Source: Trueperaceae bacterium (lineage in GTDB: Bacteria > Deinococcota > Deinococci > Deinococcales > Trueperaceae). From it: a stretch of DNA of 64,000 nt. Below are positions 31,681-40,805 of this stretch, in pieces; positions within the stretch are counted from its first letter, which is position 1, and each line of letters begins with the position of its first letter. The stretch lies in NCBI GenBank assembly GCA_034521815.1, contig JAXHLW010000013.1, forward strand, positions 1,664,001-1,728,000, in the 5' to 3' direction. The notes under the pieces were generated by a model. The model did not search any database and was not told the DNA's origin. It was given only the letters and a program-made list of their open reading frames with translations. The translations under genes were made by a program, and so were the position numbers.

Positions 31681-32744
31681 GCCCGAACGCCATGAACCGG
31701 GTCCGCGACCTCCTTCCCGTCGTCCTGTTCGCCGTCGCGCTGTGGTTCCTGCCCGACCTGCTGCGGGCGTGGAGCGGCCGCGCCTCGGTCAGCTACCTGT
31801 CGCTGGTCACGAACGGGCTGGGACTGGCCGTGCTGGCGCTGTCGTGGGACATCCTGGCGCGGACCGGCCAGCTGTCGCTGGCGCACGCCGCGTTCTACGG
31901 CGCCGGCGCGTACGTGACCGCGGTCCTCGCCCGGCTGGACGTCGGTCCGCTGTGGCTGGGCATTCCCGCGGCCGGCGTGTTCGCCGTGCTGCTGGCGCTG
32001 GGCCTGGGCGTCGTGACGTTGCGACTGAAAGGGATCTACTTCGCGATCGCCACGCTGGCGTTCACCGAGGTGCTGCGCGCGGTGGTCCGGCAGCTCCCGA
32101 CCTCGTTCGCCGGCGGATCGGCCGGCATCAACGTCGAGCCGCTGTTCCGCCCCGCGTTCGACCCCGAGACGATGGAGCGTTGGGAGATCGCGTTCCAACG
32201 CAACGAGGGGTACTTCCTGCTGTACGCCGGCCTGCTGCTGCTCACGATCGGACTGAGCCTGTGGACGCGTCGCTCACGTCTTCAGCACGCCTTCACGGCC
32301 ATCCGGACGAACGAGGAGGTCGCCGGCGTGATGGGGGTTCGCCCCGCTCGCATGAAGCTGCTGGCGTTCGCGCTGTCCAGCCTGTCGGTCGGCATGCTGG
32401 GCGCGATCCACGCGCACCGCGTCGGGTCGGTCATCCCCGAAGGCGCCTTCTCGGTCGAGACCACCGTGTTCGCGCTGGTGACGCCGATCTTCGGCGGTCT
32501 GTACACGACGCTGGGCCCGATCCTGGGTGCAGGCGTGCTGGCCGGCATCGAGGAGACGCTGAAGCGGAACCTGGCCGACGGGTACCTGATCGGCTACGGG
32601 CTGGTGCTGGTGCTGTCGATCCTGTTCATGCCGCGCGGCATCGTCGGGATGGTGCGCGGCGTCGCGCGCCGCCGCCGGGCCGCTCGGACCGACACCCCAC
32701 CCGACCCGGCGACCGATGGCACGACCGACGGGAGCGAGGCATGA
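31677..32744 (+). CDS. livM: Liv-type ABC permease (LivM-like)
   Basis: TGQLSLAHAAFYGAGAY, LRLKGIYFAIATLAF and FMPRGIVG. Confidence 0.88.
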   Translation: MSPNAMNRVRDLLPVVLFAVALWFLPDLLRAWSGRASVSYLSLVTNGLGLAVLALSWDILARTGQLSLAHAAFYGAGAYVTAVLARLDVGPLWLGIPAAGVFAVLLALGLGVVTLRLKGIYFAIATLAFTEVLRAVVRQLPTSFAGGSAGINVEPLFRPAFDPETMERWEIAFQRNEGYFLLYAGLLLLTIGLSLWTRRSRLQHAFTAIRTNEEVAGVMGVRPARMKLLAFALSSLSVGMLGAIHAHRVGSVIPEGAFSVETTVFALVTPIFGGLYTTLGPILGAGVLAGIEETLKRNLADGYLIGYGLVLVLSILFMPRGIVGMVRGVARRRRAARTDTPPDPATDGTTDGSEA

Positions 32745-33523
32745 GCGCCGACACGAAGGCCGTGCTGGAGGTCCAGGGTCTCGCCAAGCGGTTCGGCGGA
32801 CTGGCCGCCGTCGACGACCTGTCGTTCCACGTCCGAACCGGCGAGATCTTCGCGATCATCGGACCGAACGGCGCCGGCAAGACCACCACGCTGAACCTGC
32901 TCTCGGGCCTGCTCGTGCCCACGTCGGGCGCGATCCGCCTGAACGGACGAGAGATCCAGCACCTGCCCAGCTTCGATCGGACCCACCTGGGGCTCGGACG
33001 CGCGTTCCAAGTCGTCCAGCCGTTCCCCGAGATGACGGTGCGCGAGAACGTCCAGGTCGGCGCCCTGTTCGGCACGCCCGGCATCGACCGCGCCGAGGGC
33101 GACCGCCGGACCGACGCCGCGCTGGAGCGGACCGGCCTGACCCGCATCGCGGACCAGTCCGCCGAGGAGCTGACGCTGCTCCAGGAGAAGCGCCTCGAGA
33201 TCGCCCGGGCCCTGGCGACCGAGCCGACGGTGCTGATGCTGGACGAGGTGATGGCGGGCCTGCGCCCCGGCGAGGCCAGGCAGGCGGTCGAGCTGGTCCG
33301 CGACGTGCGCGACTCGGGCGTCACGATCGTGTTCATCGAGCACGTCATGCCGGTCGTTCGCGACCTGGCCGACCGGGTGCTGGTGATGGATCACGGCCGG
33401 TTCCTGGCCCAGGGCAGCTACGCCGAGGTGACGGCCGACGACGCGGTGATCGAGGCGTACCTCGGCCGCGACGACGAGGACGACGACGACCAGCACGACG
33501 ACGATCGGGAGGCCCCGCGATGA
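32741..33523 (+). CDS. livG: Liv-type ABC ATPase (LivG-like)
   Basis: FGGLAAV, GPNGAGKTT, LEIARALA..LDE and VIEAYLG. Confidence 0.88.
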   Translation: MSADTKAVLEVQGLAKRFGGLAAVDDLSFHVRTGEIFAIIGPNGAGKTTTLNLLSGLLVPTSGAIRLNGREIQHLPSFDRTHLGLGRAFQVVQPFPEMTVRENVQVGALFGTPGIDRAEGDRRTDAALERTGLTRIADQSAEELTLLQEKRLEIARALATEPTVLMLDEVMAGLRPGEARQAVELVRDVRDSGVTIVFIEHVMPVVRDLADRVLVMDHGRFLAQGSYAEVTADDAVIEAYLGRDDEDDDDQHDDDREAPR

Positions 33524-34236
33524 GCATCGCCCTGCGCGTCGACGCGCTCGAGGCCGGCTACGGCAAGATCCAGGTGCTTTGGAAGGTGGACCTGACGGTC
33601 GAGGAGGGCAGCTTCACGACCGTCATCGGCGCGAACGGCGCCGGCAAGACGACGCTGCTCCGCACCATCTCCGGCCTGATCCCGGTCCGCGGGGGGAGCG
33701 TCGAAGCGCTCGGTCGACCGCTGACCGGCGTCAGCGCGGCCCGCATCGTGCGGCTCGGCGTGGGGCACGTTCCCGAGGGACGCCAGCTGTTTCCGCTGAT
33801 GACGGTGCGGGAGAACCTCGACGCGGGAGCGGATTACCTTCCGGACGCCCGCAGCCACGCGGCCGCGACGCGCCGCTGGGTCTTCGAGCTGTTCCCCCGG
33901 CTCGAGGAGCGGCAACGCCAGCTGGCCGGCACGCTCTCGGGCGGCGAGCGCCAGATGGTGGCCATCGGCCGGGCGTTGATGAGCCGCCCCAAGCTGCTGT
34001 TGGTGGACGAGCCCAGCCTGGGCTTGGCCCCCGCCCTGGTCCGCACGGTGTTCAAGGCGCTGGCGCAGGTTCGCGAGGAGGGCGTGACCGTCGTCATGGT
34101 CGAACAGAACGTCCAGCAGTCGCTGAAGCTGGCCGACCAGGCCGTCGTGCTCGAGAACGGCGAGGTACGGCGGCGCGGCACGGGAGAGGAGCTGTTGCGC
34201 GACCCGGCGGTGCGGGAGGCGTACCTGTCGTTGTGA
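33520..34236 (+). CDS. livF: Liv-type ABC ATPase (LivF-like)
   Basis: GANGAGKTT, VPEGRQLF, LSGGERQM and DEPSLGLAP. Confidence 0.9.
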   Translation: MSIALRVDALEAGYGKIQVLWKVDLTVEEGSFTTVIGANGAGKTTLLRTISGLIPVRGGSVEALGRPLTGVSAARIVRLGVGHVPEGRQLFPLMTVRENLDAGADYLPDARSHAAATRRWVFELFPRLEERQRQLAGTLSGGERQMVAIGRALMSRPKLLLVDEPSLGLAPALVRTVFKALAQVREEGVTVVMVEQNVQQSLKLADQAVVLENGEVRRRGTGEELLRDPAVREAYLSL

Positions 34237-34279
34237 GCGCTCGCCCCGGCAGGCGGAACGGAGCGACGCCTGGTCCAGG

Positions 34280-34993
34280 CTACGGCGCGGAAGAAGCGGG
34301 CGACGCGGGCGACGCCAGCCGCTCCGTCAAGGCGGACCCCAGCTCGCCCGGCAGGCGGTGCCCGCTTCCCTCGACGACCGTGAGCTGGGCCGTCACGCCC
34401 GCCGCTCGGAACGCTTCCACGCCCGCCTCGACGTCGGCGCGGTCCGGATCGGCCGCGCCGACGTACACGTAGACCGGCAGATCGCCCAGTCCCGCGAGCG
34501 AGCCGGCGTCGCTCTCCTCCGGCGCGCCGGGAAAGAGCGTCAGGGAGGCGTATCGATCGGGGGCCAGCAGGGCCGCCTTGACGGCCCCTGCCGCGCCGGT
34601 CGAGACGCCGATCAAGTGCACGTCGCCGACCGGGTAGGCCTCGGCCATCGCGTCGACCAACGGGGCGAGGAGGCGCTCCGCGCCGCGATGGAAGTAGGTG
34701 CCGGGGGCGATCGGCGAGGCGACCAGCCAACCGTCGGCGACGGTGTCCCGGAAGTCGCGCAGGACGTCACCGGCGTCGCCATGGTCCTGGAGGCCTGGCG
34801 GAACGATCAGCAACAGGGGGTGCGGACCGTCGCCCTGAGGCGGGTAATGCCTGACCTCGACCTCGGTCCCGTCCGCCTGGAACGGCCGCGTCTGGCTTCG
34901 CTGCGCCAACGCGACGGTCAGCGCCGCGGCGAGGCTCAGCACGATGAGCAAGCGTATGGCCCGGATCGGACTGGACAGGATCGGACTGGACAT
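34280..34993 (-). CDS. Secreted esterase/alpha-beta hydrolase
   Basis: Signal peptide ending ALAQ, GVSTG nucleophile, VGAAD and GH triad residues. Confidence 0.72.
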   Translation of the reverse strand: MSSPILSSPIRAIRLLIVLSLAAALTVALAQRSQTRPFQADGTEVEVRHYPPQGDGPHPLLLIVPPGLQDHGDAGDVLRDFRDTVADGWLVASPIAPGTYFHRGAERLLAPLVDAMAEAYPVGDVHLIGVSTGAAGAVKAALLAPDRYASLTLFPGAPEESDAGSLAGLGDLPVYVYVGAADPDRADVEAGVEAFRAAGVTAQLTVVEGSGHRLPGELGSALTERLASPASPASSAP

Positions 34994-35060
34994 ACGTGAC
35001 CTCCAACCGCCGAGGCCTGCGCAGATCCGGACAGGACGCCGGGCGCCCCTCGGCCGGTTC

Positions 35061-35092
35061 ACGTTAGTGGATCGGGCGTCATTTTCCCGTTG
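35061..35092 (-). promoter_or_regulatory. Direct-repeat box plus -10 element: CAACG-N6-TGACG-N10-TAACGT
   Basis: Points toward the secreted esterase; same geometry as the other boxes. Confidence 0.6.
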
Positions 35093-35102
35093 GCTTCAGC
35101 CA

Positions 35103-35134
35103 TAACGCCGGACTAACGATCCGTTCTCTACGAT
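35103..35134 (+). promoter_or_regulatory. Direct-repeat box plus -10 element: TAACG-N6-TAACG-N10-TACGAT
   Basis: Perfect instance, back-to-back with the minus-strand box. Confidence 0.68.
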
Positions 35135-35274
35135 CGCTGCACGAGTCGCCCCCGTCCGGCGTGCGGCCAGGGCGCGCTGCTACCCGCGCTCACGGTCACG
35201 CGTCGGACCGCGGCTCGGTCGATGCCGCTTCGGAGCACCCCGCTCCTAGCGGGCGATCCTCGATGGAGGTCGTC

Positions 35275-35547
35275 ATGACCCGCCCTCGTTCGCCGTTCAC
35301 TCGCTCGCCGGTTTCCCGCTCGCGGTTCCCGCGCACGCTGCTGATCATCGTGGTCGGCACGCTGAGTCTCGTCGGACTCGCCGGGGCGTTGATCGGTGCG
35401 AACGGTCTCGCGGAGACGGCCGATCCTGTGCTGCGACCGTTCGTGCCGGTATTGGACGCGGTCTCCGCCATGCTCACCGGTCACGACTGTCAGGCTGCGC
35501 GCGCGCAGCAGGCGGTCGACACCGTGCTGGCGACCCCTACCTGCTAG
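35275..35547 (+). CDS. Small (90 aa) exported or membrane-anchored protein with two C-terminal Cys
   Basis: GGAGG RBS, Arg-rich N-region followed by hydrophobic LLIIVVGTLSLVGLAGALIG. Confidence 0.55.
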   Translation: MTRPRSPFTRSPVSRSRFPRTLLIIVVGTLSLVGLAGALIGANGLAETADPVLRPFVPVLDAVSAMLTGHDCQAARAQQAVDTVLATPTC

Positions 35548-35653
35548 CGTGTCGCATGCTCGATGACGAGCGTTCCGGCCTACCGCACGAGTTCGCGCTG
35601 GAGACGGTCGATCGGACCGTCTCGCTAGGCGCCGATCTCGCTGCGATGCGACC

Positions 35654-37648
35654 TCACCCTTCGCCCAGCAGTCCGTCGAGCTGTTCGAGCCGGTCCTCGG
35701 CCCGTCCACTGCGGACGGACGATGCGTCCAGGTCGCGAACCTTTCCGTACCAGTCCATGGCCTCTCGGAACGCGCCGCGCATCTGCGCCTCCTCGGCGGC
35801 GGCCAGCAGATGGGGCAGAGCGAGGTTCGTCTCGCCGGCCTGCTCGTAGTGGTACGCGATCCGGGCGGGAGCGCCGCCGATCTTCGCGAGCGCGTCGCCC
35901 GCACGGCGATGCAGCATGGCTCGGACCGGCGCGGGGGTGGTCGCACGGATCGCTGCGTAGACCAGGTCGTGCGAGAACGCGAGCCCCTCGATCAGCCGCG
36001 CCTCCTCCAGGGCGGTCCTGAGGGCGGACAGGCTTTCGTCGGCGACACGCAGGACCGTTCGCATCAATGCGGGCGACGCGTCGGTCTGGGCCACCGCCAA
36101 TAGCTGCAGGAAGCGAAGCTGCGCGACGCTGAGCCGGCGGAACCGCACCTCGAGCACCTCGGCCACCCTGGCGGGCAGCAGCTCTCCGAGCTCCGCGAGG
36201 TCGAGGTCGCCCGCCTCGAGCAGCCCTTTGAGCGTCTCGATCACGAAGAGCGGGTTCCCGCCGGTGATGCGGTGCAGCGTCGCCGCGAACGCAGGAGCGC
36301 CGTCCACCGCCGTGGACGCCAGCAGCGCCTCGACCGCCTTCGCCGACAGCGGCGCGAGCTCGACGTGGATCGCGGTTCCGCTTCGGACCAGGTCCGCGAG
36401 GAACGTGCGGAATCGGTCGTCGACCTCGTGGGTACGGAAAGTACATAGAGCGTACTGTCCCTCCCTGCCGGTCGCTTGCGGCGTGATGCGGGCGAACATG
36501 TAGTTCGCCATCTCGAGGCTGGCGGCGTCCACGAACTGCCAGTCGTCCGCGACCCAGACGTCGAGCCACCTGACGCTGAGGATCAGGAACTCGGCCAGCG
36601 TGGCATAGAAGAACTGCTTCTCCTCGAGGCTCGTCATCGGCGGCGGGGGCCTGTCGGTCAGCGTCGGGATGAGGCGGGAGAGCTCCCGTCGCATGATCGG
36701 CGTCAGCTGGATGCCAGGACAACCGTCCAGAACGACGCGAAGCGCGCGGGCTTGGGTGGCGTAGGGGGCGGTCGCGTCGCCAGGCCTTGCCTGGAACGCG
36801 TTCCAGCGGACGCGTGGCACCTTCGACTCGGCGAACTCGTGCATCAGCCGGCTCTTGCCGATGCCGCCAACGCCGGAGATGTACACCACCTGCCCGTTCG
36901 CCCAGGCCCCCTCCATTCTCGTCCAGACGTCCTCCCGTCCGGCCAGCAGCGGGGCCGGGCCACGGTCACCGGAATGCGGATCGCCGGCCGGGGGTGCGCT
37001 GAACGGTCGCCGCCGCGACGTCGCGAGCCAGCGCCGACGTCTCGGGAAGCGGCCGGACGCCGAACTCGGCCTGGAGCATCCGGGCGCAGCGGTGATAGGC
37101 GTCGAGGGCCGCGGCGCGGTCCCCCGCCAGGTACGCCAGCCGGATCACGCGACGGTGCGCGAGCTCGGACAGCCGATCGACCTCCAGGGCCCGCCGTGCC
37201 GCCGCGAGCGCGTCGGCCATTCTCCCCTCCGCCTCGAGCGCGTCCGCCCGCGCGGACCACCGTTCGATCCGCGCGACTCTGCGGCGCTCGACCTGGAACT
37301 CCGTCCACGCATGGAGCTCGGCGCAGTCGCTCAGGTCGTACGCCGACAGGAGGTCGCCCTCGCCCTCGGCGATGCGCACCTCCGGCGACAGCCGCAACGG
37401 ATCGCCGTCCACGATGGGCGCTCGCTGACGGACGGCGTGCACGGCCTGGCGCAGGTTGTTGCGCGGCGAGGCCGCGAGGGGCCAAAGCAGGTCGGACAAC
37501 CGCCCCGGGGCGTGGGTCCCTCGATCACCAGGTAGGCCAGCATGGCCGCGGCCTTGCGGCCTGGAACGAACGTCACGGCGCCGGGGCGTACGACCGTGAC
37601 GTCGTCCGAAACCGTCAGTCGCCAGGCCGGATGGCGCGCATCGACCAT
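35654..37648 (-). CDS. BTAD (SARP-like) + AAA/STAND ATPase regulator, frameshifted ~37505 and ~36960
   Basis: RKAAAMLAYL..PR, RNNLRQ, DRLSELAHRRVIRLAYLAGDRAAAL, GVGGIGKSR, ADDWQFVD, GGNPLFVIE and FSHDL. Confidence 0.8.
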
Positions 37649-37662
37649 GTCGGCACCTCGCT

Positions 37663-37708
37663 CTCGTCCGCTCGCCCTCGTCCGCTCGCCCTCGTCCGTC
37701 GCCCTCCG
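37663..37708. repeat. 14-bp tandem repeat (CTCGTCCGCTCGCC, ~3 copies) upstream of the BTAD regulator
   Basis: Read directly from the sequence. Confidence 0.7.
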
Positions 37709-37733
37709 CCGAATCGCCCCGGACGGGCGACGG

Positions 37734-38687
37734 CTAGCGGAGCGTCGCCAAGAACGTGTCCACGATCTCGACGTACCGCTCAGGATGCTCCACGAAGCCC
37801 ATATGGCCGGCATCGTGAACCACGACGACGCGAGCATCGGGCAGCGCGTCGACGTTCGCGTCGATCCCCGCGGGCACGACCGTGTCCTGGTCGCCGTGAA
37901 CGATCAACACCGGTGCTTGGACCGTCGATAGCTCGTCCAGCCAGTTCCAGTCGCCCATCGACTCGAAGATCGGGAGGACCGTGAAGAGGACGTTGTCGTC
38001 CCACTCGCTCGGCAGGGCGCACACTTTCCGGTTCAGGTCGGGGATCAGCTGGGCCGAGGCGTCGGACACCTGCGACGCGTTGATGATGTCGTACGCCCCG
38101 AGGCACGCCTCGTAGCCGGGCATGTCGTCGGGCACCGACGCGAGATACGCGTCCAGTGCGTCGAAGTCCGGACCCGGCTTCAGCATCTCCATCTGCGCGT
38201 ACGGATCGGCCGCGGGCTCGATCGGGCCGAACGCGATCACGCCACGCACGCGACCTGGATGACGGGCGGCGTAGAGCTGCGCGAAGCCGCCCCACAGCGA
38301 CCAGCCCAAGATCGTCGCCGGCTCGGCTCCGAAGTGATCGTGCACGGCGGCGATGTCCGCGATCTCGTGCTCCATGCCCAGCAGCTCGGGATCGCGAACC
38401 GGGGTCGAGAGGCCACGTCCGCGCGTGTCGTAGAACACCACCGTCCACTCTTCGGCCAACGCCGAGAGGGGCACGGCCGCGGAGGTCTGGTTCGTCACGA
38501 TCAGATCGGGCGGGCCGTCGCCGTGCTTCTGGTAGTACAGCGCCACGCCGTCGTCGACGGGGACGTACCCCTCCTCGATTCCCTGCGCCGCCGCGCCGCC
38601 CAGCAAGGCCGCGACGAGCACGGCCATCAGCGCCGTGACGGCGCCGCCGGCACGCTTGGCCAGACTCCAGCTGTTCCGTCGTCTCAT
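37734..38687 (-). CDS. Secreted alpha/beta hydrolase (proline iminopeptidase-like)
   Basis: Signal peptide ending AAAQ, YDTRGRGLS, GWSLWGG, VHGDQD and AGHM. Confidence 0.8.
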   Translation of the reverse strand: MRRRNSWSLAKRAGGAVTALMAVLVAALLGGAAAQGIEEGYVPVDDGVALYYQKHGDGPPDLIVTNQTSAAVPLSALAEEWTVVFYDTRGRGLSTPVRDPELLGMEHEIADIAAVHDHFGAEPATILGWSLWGGFAQLYAARHPGRVRGVIAFGPIEPAADPYAQMEMLKPGPDFDALDAYLASVPDDMPGYEACLGAYDIINASQVSDASAQLIPDLNRKVCALPSEWDDNVLFTVLPIFESMGDWNWLDELSTVQAPVLIVHGDQDTVVPAGIDANVDALPDARVVVVHDAGHMGFVEHPERYVEIVDTFLATLR

Positions 38688-38713
38688 CGGCACCCTCCCC
38701 TTCGCACGAACCG

Positions 38714-38745
38714 AGCGTAGAGAATCAGGCGGTATTCGGGCGTTA
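38714..38745 (-). promoter_or_regulatory. Direct-repeat box plus -10 element: TAACG-N6-TACCG-N10-TACGCT
   Basis: Upstream of the secreted hydrolase; same geometry as the other boxes. Confidence 0.63.
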
Positions 38746-39043
38746 TGCCGTCTTCGCCCCCCTACCGTATGGCTGAGCACGCCAGGTCGATACCTTGCGC
38801 GTGCGATATGTCTTCCAAATCGTCTCCCCGTTCCCATACGGCAACAGACCCGCCCGCGTACCCTCGTCGGGCTTGGACGCACGTCAGGGACGCTCTTCTG
38901 CCGTGGACGAGGGTACGAACCCCCCTGGTTTTCCATATGGGAACAGAAAGGCATTTTTCAAACCTTCTCGCGCTGGATGCACCGCGCGGTTCCCCGTGCA
39001 TCCGCTACGAGTCTCCGTGGAACGCCGCTGCTACGCTTCGCGC

Positions 39044-40031
39044 ATGCCTGCCACTCCGACGTTCGACGCCTCGACGATGCCGGTCGAGGCGATCGCCGAG
39101 CGGCTCCGCCGTCACCTCTCGCAGGAGGGTCGCGTCGACCTGCTGATCCCCGATCCGGACGACGGCGAGGGGCTCTGGCCGGGCGAGCCTCGACCCGACG
39201 GAGCGCCGCGACGCGATTGGCGGGCGTGGCTGGACCTCGCCGACGCGGTCGGTGCGCGCATGCGCACGCCACGCGCGGTCGGCGGCCCGGGGCCCCGCCG
39301 GCTGCGTCTGCCGTACGTGCTGCTGAGCGGCGAGTCCGAGGTCCATGCCGACGGCGGTCGTCCGGATGGTCGGTATGCACCTGGTGGAGCGTTCGCACGC
39401 CTCCGCAAGCACGAGCACCCCGGATTCCTGCTCCCGTTCCTGGACGCCGTCGCGTTCGCCGCGCCGCGGCACTCCCGCCGCGCGCTCGTCGTCGGGTGCC
39501 ATCGCGGCGACGAGATCGAGGCCCTGACGCGGCTGCGACCGCCCGTCCCGCCGAGCCGCGTCACCGGTCTGGACCGCGAGGCCGCGGCCCTGGACGAGGC
39601 CCGACGCCGCTTTCCCGACGCTCGATTCGTCCAGACCGACCTTCGGGACCTCTCCTCTATCCGACCTGGCTCTATCCGACCTGGCTCTATCCGACCTGGC
39701 GTCCGGTCCCGACGGCAGCGACCGGTTCGACCTGATCCTCGCGATCGACGTGCTCCAGAGCCCCGACATCGACGGTCCCGCGGTGCTGCGGACGCTGGTA
39801 CGCGAGCTCGCCGCGCCGTCGGGCGGCCTGGTCATCGGCCTTCCGTGCAGCCGCTTCCGAGGAGGCGAGGTCGTCTGGGGCGCACGCACCCGCAACTTCA
39901 CCGAGGTGGACCTGTCGCTGGTCGTGCGCGACCTGGCCGGCCACCGCCGTTACCTGCACCAGCAAGGCTACCGCTCCCGCATCGGCGGGCGCTACGACCT
40001 GCTGCTGACCGCTCGTCGCGACACCGGGTAG
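39044..40031 (+). CDS. Class I SAM-dependent methyltransferase-domain protein, frameshift ~39710
   Basis: ALVVGCHRGDE, VTGLDRE, FVQTDL and FDLILAIDVLQS. TACGCT lies 6 nt before the ATG. Confidence 0.7.
39655..39699. repeat. Perfect 15-bp tandem repeat x3 (CTCTATCCGACCTGG) inside the methyltransferase
   Basis: Encodes SIRPG three times. Confidence 0.9.
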
Positions 40032-40100
40032 ACGCCCCCGCGCCGCTGCCGTCCCCGGGGAGTGACCACGCGGCTCCAGGAGAAGGGTCATCATGCGGGC

Positions 40101-40766
40101 ATGCATCTGACCCTCGACCACCTACTGTACGCAGGCCCAGAGCTGGACCGCCTGGTCCGCGAGCTCGCCCGCACCACGGGGGCGACGCCCGTCGTCGGCG
40201 GCAAGCACGCCGGCCAAGGCACGCACAACGCGCTGCTGGGCCTCGGCGCGGACACGTACCTGGAGCTGATCGCCCCGGACCCCGACCAGGACGGAGGCGA
40301 CTTCGCCGCATCGATCGACGCCCTCCCCGGCGCGGAGCTGCACGCCTGGTGCGTCCGCACGGACGACGCCGACGAGCTGGTCGCCCGCATCCGCGACGGT
40401 GGCCACGGCGTCGTGCGCCGCTCGATGTCGCGCGTCACGCCCGAGGGCGACGAGCTCCGCTGGGAGCTGATCTTCGCCACCGGTCACGCCTGGGCCGGCG
40501 CCGCGCCGTTCTTCATCGCCTGGGGCGAGACGCCGCACCCGGCCGCTCGCCTCGCTCAGGGCGCGAGCCTGCGCAGCCTCACCGTGCTGCACCCGGAGCC
40601 GGGCCCGCTGCGCACCTGGCTCGCGGGGCTGGGACTCGCGACCGGTGCCCACGAGGCCGTCGCGATCGAGGAGGCACCGGGCCGCGGCCTCCGCGCCGAC
40701 CTGAGCGGACGCCGCGGACCGCTGGCGCTACGTGGCGGCGCCGGCGGCATCCGACTGGCGCAGTAG
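40101..40766 (+). CDS. VOC/glyoxalase-like family protein
   Basis: LDHLLY, GGKHAGQGTHNALL..YLELIA and PFFIAW. Confidence 0.85.
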   Translation: MHLTLDHLLYAGPELDRLVRELARTTGATPVVGGKHAGQGTHNALLGLGADTYLELIAPDPDQDGGDFAASIDALPGAELHAWCVRTDDADELVARIRDGGHGVVRRSMSRVTPEGDELRWELIFATGHAWAGAAPFFIAWGETPHPAARLAQGASLRSLTVLHPEPGPLRTWLAGLGLATGAHEAVAIEEAPGRGLRADLSGRRGPLALRGGAGGIRLAQ

Positions 40767-40805
40767 CACCGCCGGCTCGACGCCGTACGTCACACGCCGA
40801 ACGGC

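Noticed and set aside
39655-39699. CRISPR array or DGR-like repeat
   Set aside because: Contiguous 15-bp units with no spacers; no cas or reverse transcriptase genes in the window.
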